A stretch of DNA of 64,000 nucleotides, taken from Eubacteriales bacterium (GTDB lineage Bacteria; Bacillota; Clostridia; Oscillospirales; JAAYXM01). The notes below the pieces were generated by a model. It had not been told where the DNA came from. It saw nothing but the letters and a program-made list of their open reading frames with translations, and searched no databases. Of this stretch, positions 58,147-64,000 are shown piece by piece (the stretch's first letter is position 1; the number at the start of each line of letters is the position of its first letter). The stretch lies in assembly GCA_045589235.1 (NCBI GenBank), contig JAZNOR010000001.1:2503-66502 (forward strand), written 5' to 3'. The position numbers were made by a program, and so were the translations under genes.

Positions 58147-59223
58147 ATGAGTAAGAAAGCATATTTGGTTCTCCAGAATGGTGATGTGTTCGAGGGAGAG
58201 TCTTTTGGTGCTGAAGGTACAGTCATTTCAGAGATCGTTTTTACAACGGGTATGACAGGGTATCTTGAAGCGATGACAGACAAGAGCTTTTACGGCCAGA
58301 CACCGGTACATTCTTTTCCGCTTGTAGGAAACTATGGTGTAATTACCGAAGATCTGGAGGGAAGCAAAATCGTTCCCGAGGCATATATTGTCAAGCATTG
58401 GTGCAAGGAACCGTCAAACTTCCGCTGCGAGAAAGATTTAGATACCTTCTTTAAAGAGAAGAACATCGTTGGTCTCTGCGAGATTGACACCAGAACTCTT
58501 GTTAAAACTCTTCGCGATAACGGCACTATGAATGGTATGATTACTACCGATTTGAGCAAGGTTGACCACAAGGCAATTGCCGAGTATCGCATTTCCGATG
58601 CTGTTAAGAATGTTACAACCCGTGTTAAATACGTAGCACCGTGCAACGATGCAAAGTTCCGCATTGCGCTTATTGACTTGGGACTTAAAGAAAGTCTCAT
58701 TAAAACTTTAAATAATTACGGTTGCGAAGTGCATGTTTTCCCAGCAAGTGCACCGGCGCATGAGATTTTAGCAGTAAATCCTGACGGAATTATGCTATCC
58801 AACGGCCCCGGAGACCCGAGTGAGTGTGTTGAAACAATAAACACTCTTCGTTTACTTAAAGAGAAAAATATTCCGACTTTCGGCATCCGCTTAGGACACC
58901 AGCTTTTAGCGCTTGCAAATGGCTTTGCGATTGAGAAATTGCCGCACGGACATCGCGGCGCAAATCACCCTGTAAAATGTGCAGAAAACGGAAGAACTTA
59001 TATAAGCACTCAGAATCACGGATATACTGTAACAGGTGTTGATGAAAAGATTGCTAAGGTATCATTTGTGAATACAAACGATAAGACTTGCGAAGGACTT
59101 GATTATATCGGAGTGCCTGCATTTTCCGTTCAGTTTGAACCGTCGGCTTGTCGCGGTGCAAACGGTGCCAATATGCTATACGAGCGTTTTATCGCTATGA
59201 TGGAGGGTGCAAAAAATGCCTAA
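58147..59223 (+). CDS. carA: carbamoyl-phosphate synthase small (glutaminase) subunit
   Basis: About 358 aa. The GATase triad region is FGIRLGHQLL (Arg at the usual nucleophile Cys position of GxCxG), with NHGY downstream. The start ATG 58147 lies 6 nt after AAGGAGGA. Confidence 0.93.
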   Translation: MSKKAYLVLQNGDVFEGESFGAEGTVISEIVFTTGMTGYLEAMTDKSFYGQTPVHSFPLVGNYGVITEDLEGSKIVPEAYIVKHWCKEPSNFRCEKDLDTFFKEKNIVGLCEIDTRTLVKTLRDNGTMNGMITTDLSKVDHKAIAEYRISDAVKNVTTRVKYVAPCNDAKFRIALIDLGLKESLIKTLNNYGCEVHVFPASAPAHEILAVNPDGIMLSNGPGDPSECVETINTLRLLKEKNIPTFGIRLGHQLLALANGFAIEKLPHGHRGANHPVKCAENGRTYISTQNHGYTVTGVDEKIAKVSFVNTNDKTCEGLDYIGVPAFSVQFEPSACRGANGANMLYERFIAMMEGAKNA

Positions 59224-62200
59224 ATATGAATCTATTAAAAAAGTAATGGTTATCGGTTCGGGTCCTATCGTTATCGGACAAGCTGCCGAATTTGACTATG
59301 CAGGAACTCAGGCGCTTCGCGCACTCCGTGAGGATGGCCTTGAGGTTGTTTTAATAAACTCAAACCCTGCAACAATTATGACTGATCAAGCTATGGCGGA
59401 TAAAATTTACATCGAACCGCTTACACTTACAACAGTTAAAAGAATTATTGAAATAGAGAGACCGGATAGTATTCTGTCGGGTCTTGGCGGTCAGACGGGT
59501 CTTAATCTCTGCATGCAGCTTGCAAAGGAAGGCTATCTTGAACAGATGGGTGTGCGACTTCTTGGCGCATCCCCTGAAACTATTGACAAAGCTGAAGACA
59601 GACAGATGTTTAAGGATACGATGGAGTCCATCGGTCAGCCGTGCATTCCGTCAAAGGTTGTTGAAGATGTTGATTCTGCAATTGAGTTTGCGGAGAGCAT
59701 TGATTATCCGGTAATTATCCGCCCGGCATTTACTCTTGGTGGAAGCGGTGGAGGTATCGCAGCAGACCGTGAGGAATTATATGAAATCGCGCGTGAAGGT
59801 CTTGATGCATCACCAATTCGCCAGATTCTTGTTGAAAAGTGCATTTCAGGCTGGAAGGAAATTGAGTTTGAGGCAATGCGTGACCGAAAAGGTAATGCAA
59901 TCACAATCTGCTCAATGGAAAACTTTGACCCGGTTGGTGTTCACACAGGTGACAGTATCGTTATTGCACCTGCGGTAACTCTTGCTGATAAGGAATTCCA
60001 AATGCTCCGTAACGCGGCGCTTGACATTGTTGAGGCGCTCGGTGTTGAGGGTGGCTGCAACTGCCAGTTTGCGCTCCATCCGGAAACATTTGAATATGCA
60101 GTAATTGAGGTTAACCCGCGTGTTTCACGTTCAAGTGCTCTTGCAAGTAAGGCAACGGGTTACCCGATTGCAAAGGTTGCAACGAAAGTTGCAATCGGTT
60201 ATACTCTCGATGAAATTCCAAATGCAGTCACAGGTAAGACATTTGCGGCAAATGAGCCGACGATTGACTATGTTGCTGTTAAGTTCCCGAAATGGCCGTT
60301 TGAAAAATTTGTTTATGCAAAGCGCGAGCTCGGCACACAGATGAAGGCTACCGGCGAAGTTATGACAATCGCAGATACTTTTGAAATGGCTATTATGAAG
60401 GCTGTCCGCGGTGCGGAAATTTCGCTTTCAACACTCCGTATGCCAAAGCTTGAATACCTTTCAACGGAAGATATCCGCGCTAAGCTCCATAAATGCACAG
60501 ACGAGAGATTATTTGTCGTTTATGAAGCATTATATCGTGGAATTTCCGTTGACGAAATCCACGATATCACAATGATTGATGAATGGTTCTTATACAAACT
60601 CCTCAATATGATAAACTATGAAAAGGAAATCAAAGGCAGACCGATGAGCGAGGCCCAGTATCTCCGCGGTAAGAGACTCGGGTATACCGATGCGTCACTC
60701 TATCAGTTATCTGAAAATCCGATTAAATTTGAGCGAGCACCGACCTATAAAATGGTTGACACCTGCGCTGCAGAATTCGGTGCACAGACTCCGTATTTCT
60801 ATGCAACTTACGATGATGGAGACAATGAGGCAAAGCCGTTTACTGATGAGGTTAAGAAGCCGAGAATGTTGGTTCTTGGTTCAGGTCCTATCCGTATCGG
60901 TCAGGGTATTGAGTTTGACTATGCAAGTGTTCATTGCGTATGGTCACTCCAGCGTATGGGCTATGAGGTTATAATCATAAACAATAACCCGGAGACCGTT
61001 TCGACCGACTTCGATACCGCAGATCGTTTGTACTTCGAGCCGCTTACACCGGAGGATGTTCTCAATATAATTAAGCAGGAAAAGCCTGAGGGTGTAATTG
61101 TTGCATTCGGTGGTCAGACAGCTATCAAGCTCACTTCCTTCCTTGACAAGAACGGTATTAAGATTGTGGGAAGCTCGGCAGACAGTATTGATATGGCAGA
61201 GGACAGAGAGCGTTTTGATGCACTCCTCGAGAGTCTTGACATTAAGCGCCCGAAGGGTAAAACAGTTTTAGATTGCGATGGTGCCCTTACCGCTGCAAAG
61301 GCACTCGGTTATCCGGTACTTATGCGCCCGTCTTACGTACTCGGCGGTCAGAACATGATTATTGCATATTCCGATAACGACATCCGCGAGTATATGGCAA
61401 TTATTCTTGCAACAAAGAATGACAACCCGGTACTTATTGATAAGTATTTAAGCGGTACAGAGATTGAAGTTGACGCAATCTGCGACGGTGATGATATTTT
61501 AATCCCGGGTATTATGGAACACGTTGAGAGAACAGGTGTTCACTCGGGTGACAGTATCGCAATTTATCCGGCACAGAGTTTAACTCCTGAGCTTACTGAG
61601 CGCGTTGTTGAAGTTACACGCGCACTCAGCGTTGGCCTTAATGCGAGAGGTCTTGTTAACATCCAGTACATTATAATGGATGGCGAGGTTTATGTAATTG
61701 AGGTTAATCCGCGCGCATCGCGTACCGTTCCGTATATCAGTAAGGTTACGGGAATCCCGATGTGCGAGCTGGCAGTTCGCGCAAGTCTTGGCGAAAAGCT
61801 TTCTGATTTAGGATATAAATACGGCCTCCATCCGGCAGCAAATACCGTTGCGGTTAAGGTTCCGGTATTCTCGTTTGAGAAATTAACAAATGTTGACACT
61901 CAACTTGGTCCGGAAATGAAGTCAACAGGCGAAGTTTTAGGTGTTGGCGAAACAGTCCGCGAGGCTATATTCAAGGGTCTTGTTGCAGCAGGTTACACGA
62001 TGGAGGTTGAAGGTGGCGTATTTATCACCGTTCGCGACCAGGACAAGAGTGAAATCGGCGCAATTGCCAAGAAATATGCAGATCTCGGCTTTGAACTCTA
62101 TGCAACAGCAGGAACAGCCGTTAAGCTACGCGAATGCGGTCTTACCGTCAAGGAAGTTGACAAAATTCATGCAAACCCGGAGAGCAACACAATGACACTT

Positions 62201-62413
62201 TTAGATAGCGGTGTTGTTCACTACGTAATCTCAACTTCGGCAACGGGAAGAAACCCGGCTATGGATGATGTTAAAATCCGTCGCCGCGCAAGCGCTCGCC
62301 GTATCCCGTGTCTTACAGCGCTTGATACTGCAAATGCAGTTGCAGATGCCCTAGCAAGCGGATTTAATGAAAATAGCGTTGCGCTTTATGATCTTCACGC
62401 AATTTCTGAATAA
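59216..62413 (+). CDS. carB: carbamoyl-phosphate synthase large subunit
   Basis: About 1065 aa with two ATP-grasp halves and an MGS-like C-terminus. Begins MPKYESIKKVMVIGSGPIVIGQAAEFDY. The start overlaps the carA end by 8 nt. Confidence 0.95.
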   Translation: MPKYESIKKVMVIGSGPIVIGQAAEFDYAGTQALRALREDGLEVVLINSNPATIMTDQAMADKIYIEPLTLTTVKRIIEIERPDSILSGLGGQTGLNLCMQLAKEGYLEQMGVRLLGASPETIDKAEDRQMFKDTMESIGQPCIPSKVVEDVDSAIEFAESIDYPVIIRPAFTLGGSGGGIAADREELYEIAREGLDASPIRQILVEKCISGWKEIEFEAMRDRKGNAITICSMENFDPVGVHTGDSIVIAPAVTLADKEFQMLRNAALDIVEALGVEGGCNCQFALHPETFEYAVIEVNPRVSRSSALASKATGYPIAKVATKVAIGYTLDEIPNAVTGKTFAANEPTIDYVAVKFPKWPFEKFVYAKRELGTQMKATGEVMTIADTFEMAIMKAVRGAEISLSTLRMPKLEYLSTEDIRAKLHKCTDERLFVVYEALYRGISVDEIHDITMIDEWFLYKLLNMINYEKEIKGRPMSEAQYLRGKRLGYTDASLYQLSENPIKFERAPTYKMVDTCAAEFGAQTPYFYATYDDGDNEAKPFTDEVKKPRMLVLGSGPIRIGQGIEFDYASVHCVWSLQRMGYEVIIINNNPETVSTDFDTADRLYFEPLTPEDVLNIIKQEKPEGVIVAFGGQTAIKLTSFLDKNGIKIVGSSADSIDMAEDRERFDALLESLDIKRPKGKTVLDCDGALTAAKALGYPVLMRPSYVLGGQNMIIAYSDNDIREYMAIILATKNDNPVLIDKYLSGTEIEVDAICDGDDILIPGIMEHVERTGVHSGDSIAIYPAQSLTPELTERVVEVTRALSVGLNARGLVNIQYIIMDGEVYVIEVNPRASRTVPYISKVTGIPMCELAVRASLGEKLSDLGYKYGLHPAANTVAVKVPVFSFEKLTNVDTQLGPEMKSTGEVLGVGETVREAIFKGLVAAGYTMEVEGGVFITVRDQDKSEIGAIAKKYADLGFELYATAGTAVKLRECGLTVKEVDKIHANPESNTMTLLDSGVVHYVISTSATGRNPAMDDVKIRRRASARRIPCLTALDTANAVADALASGFNENSVALYDLHAISE

Positions 62414-62424
62414 AAACGCGGTTT

Positions 62425-62465
62425 ACAAGCGGTTGGATTTTTCCAACCGCTTGTTGTGTTTTATT
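62425..62465 (+). terminator. carB terminator
   Basis: ACAAGCGGTTGG-ATTTTT-CCAACCGCTTGT is followed by a T-rich tail. Confidence 0.85.
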
Positions 62466-62538
62466 TTGCTAAAATATAAGTCTTTTTGAAGCATCTTCCC
62501 TTAAAATAAAAATATTCTCCCAAATTCTCAAAAAGTTA

Positions 62539-62567
62539 TTGCAATTTTTGGTAAGGTGTGGTATAGT
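62539..62567 (+). promoter_or_regulatory. strong sigma-A promoter with extended -10
   Basis: TTGCAA-17 nt-TATAGT, with TGg immediately upstream of the -10 (TGgTATAGT). Confidence 0.65.
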
Positions 62568-62716
62568 TTTTAACATAAGTTAAATAGTTGTATTTTTGTA
62601 CATAAATTTTATTTTACTATCCCACTCTTTTATTTTCCTTTCTCAAGCCTCATGACGGTGCCGCAGAGTTTGCGGCACCTCAAGAGGACTAAAAGAACAT
62701 AAAAGTGTATATTTTT

Positions 62717-62750
62717 TCTCGCAGTGAAATTTTCGCTGCGAGAATTTTTA
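62717..62750 (+). terminator. intrinsic terminator about 150 nt downstream of the 62539 promoter
   Basis: TCTCGCAGTGAA-ATT-TTCGCTGCGAGA forms 12 bp including one G-U pair. ATTTTTA follows. Confidence 0.7.
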
Positions 62751-62925
62751 TGCGAAAATTATATTTGGCATATTCAACAAAAAAACAGTAGGAAAAATCA
62801 AAAAAAGAATAAAATATGCATAGCCAAGAGGCTTTGTGTGTGATATATTTGTTATATGAAAGTATATCCTTTGCTTAACGCGAGGAAGAGCAAAGCTTGT
62901 TTTCAAAAGAATTGGAGGGGAATTT

Positions 62926-64000
62926 ATGAAAACAATAGTTAAATCCAAAAAAATCGTGGCTTTGGCAATAGCGATTGTTATGCTTGTGGGATTTATTCCA
63001 ACGGGCCTTTTCGTGTTTGGTCAGGCAGCAGAGTGGGCGGGAAGCGAGGCTACAACGGAATATACTTTTCCACGTGTTGATGCGGCTCCCAGTGCCAAAC
63101 AACCTGATTTGAGAGCGTTTGATGCTCTCAACAAGGTCTTTACCGACGGTACAAAGATTAACCACAGTACCACAAATTCGGGCAACCCGAACTGGTATTC
63201 AAAGGGTGATTATGCTACATACGGCGATAATTACCTCGCGGTTGACACATGGAACAGATTGCTCTATCGTGCAACAAGCAAAAACCATTTCTTTACTCTT
63301 CAGATTATATTACCGCAAACTCCGGGTAAGTATACAATTAAGGTAAGCACAGTAGCCGGTTACGGCTCATATGGTTTTGATTCTTATGTTTTTGATAAGG
63401 ATGCAACGATTACAAGAGCTGACCTTACAACTACAAGCGAGAATTACACAGGTAGCGGTGTAATGGGAGCAGATGCCATTTGGAGAATCGGTACATATGA
63501 AGTTACCGAAGAGATGGCAGGTAAGGAAGTTAAGTTTGCTATGACTGCGTCTGCAGATGCTGAACACGGTGCAGAAGGTCAGAGTGGCTATTACGGTGCA
63601 TATCTTTCAAAGATTATCTTTGACGGTTCAGCACCTCCTTCTCTTGCTTCAATTGATGTTTCGGCAGACAAGACCGATTTAAACCCGGTTGATGCAACGG
63701 CTATACTTTCAGTTTCCGGCAAAATGACTGACGGTTCATCTGCAAGCATTTCTGCAAGCGATGTTATTTATAAAAATTTAACGCCGGGCATTATCGACTT
63801 AAATGGTGATACAGTTACATATAAGGCAGAGGGTACAGGTAGAGTAGAGGCAACTGTAACACTTGACGATGTTAAATTGAACAAGATAATTGAATTTACC
63901 TGTGTTAATAAGATTCTTGTTGACACTGATGATTGGGCGGGTGTAAATGCATCTGTAACTTATGACTTCCGTTACGGCTATGAGGGCGGCACAGCTGCTC
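62926..64000 (+). CDS. large secreted/cell-surface protein, N-terminal part (3' end outside the window)
   Basis: My own translation from ATG 62926 (SD GGAGGGG 5 nt upstream) is open to the window end, about 358 aa. It has a signal/anchor sequence (MKTIVKSKKIVALAIAIVMLVGFIPTGLFVFGQAA) and a Big_2-like Ig segment near aa 240-320. It is absent from the track because no stop codon is reached. Confidence 0.75.
   Translation, partial: MKTIVKSKKIVALAIAIVMLVGFIPTGLFVFGQAAEWAGSEATTEYTFPRVDAAPSAKQPDLRAFDALNKVFTDGTKINHSTTNSGNPNWYSKGDYATYGDNYLAVDTWNRLLYRATSKNHFFTLQIILPQTPGKYTIKVSTVAGYGSYGFDSYVFDKDATITRADLTTTSENYTGSGVMGADAIWRIGTYEVTEEMAGKEVKFAMTASADAEHGAEGQSGYYGAYLSKIIFDGSAPPSLASIDVSADKTDLNPVDATAILSVSGKMTDGSSASISASDVIYKNLTPGIIDLNGDTVTYKAEGTGRVEATVTLDDVKLNKIIEFTCVNKILVDTDDWAGVNASVTYDFRYGYEGGTAA

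Noticed and set aside
62652-62702. A 16-aa ORF (MTVPQSLRHLKRTKRT) spanning the GC hairpin in the candidate sRNA/leader.
   Set aside because: It has no SD, and its start codon lies directly before a stable hairpin. It is more plausibly non-coding structure.
62570-62750. I tested whether the candidate RNA is a c-di-GMP riboswitch or 6S RNA.
   Set aside because: I found no GEMM-I or GEMM-II conserved motifs. The 5' and 3' ends are similar in direct rather than complementary orientation, so a 6S-like closed rod is not possible.

Overview
This 64-kb window looks like ordinary chromosomal DNA from a low-GC, spore-forming, anaerobic Firmicute (Clostridia-like). That call rests on gene content and AGGAGG-type ribosome-binding sites. 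I cannot name the species. I support about 58 protein genes. I saw no rRNA, tRNA, CRISPR array, transposase, integrase, phage gene or recognisable defence gene. In order, the window holds: (1) an arginine cluster argG(partial)HCJBDF. (2) Spore-cortex genes: a LysM-GH18 YaaH/SleL-like hydrolase and PdaA. (3) A TetM-like GTPase, TspO and an ArsC/Spx-family gene. (4) A [FeFe]-hydrogenase maturation set: TM1266-type regulator, hydE, hydG, hydF. (5) A divergent pair of a processive GT2 synthase and an LtaS/BcsG-like transferase. (6) xth. (7) Two diverged paralogous orphan solute-binding lipoproteins. (8) A complete 9-gene V-type ATPase operon. (9) mrnC, yebC, apgM and argS. (10) A ChvE/GguAB-type monosaccharide ABC transporter. 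(11) An MBOAT plus SGNH O-acyltransferase pair with an AraC regulator. (12) Gfo/Idh/MocA, DUF4838, HAD, Mbeg1-like, EamA and NhaC genes. (13) lexA, a methyltransferase, a ferredoxin, a ClpA-architecture AAA+ ATPase and carAB. (14) The 5' part of a large secreted surface protein. I found no clear-cut novel multi-gene system. The items most worth follow-up are small or non-coding: an unannotated 46-aa Gln/Asn/Lys-repeat micro-protein hidden under spurious ORFs (32034-32174, minus strand); an inverted dimer of a structured GC-rich repeat unit (37995-38097); promoter-then-terminator leaders upstream of the hyd operon, carAB, nhaC and the surface-protein gene, where the hyd leader has an explicit antiterminator alternative; two terminator hairpins whose 3' arm is the SD of the next gene; 37-bp split direct repeats bracketing one solute-binding paralog; and the GT2 plus LtaS-like pair as a candidate phospho-modified exopolysaccharide module. 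All family assignments come from motif recognition by eye. No database search was run.
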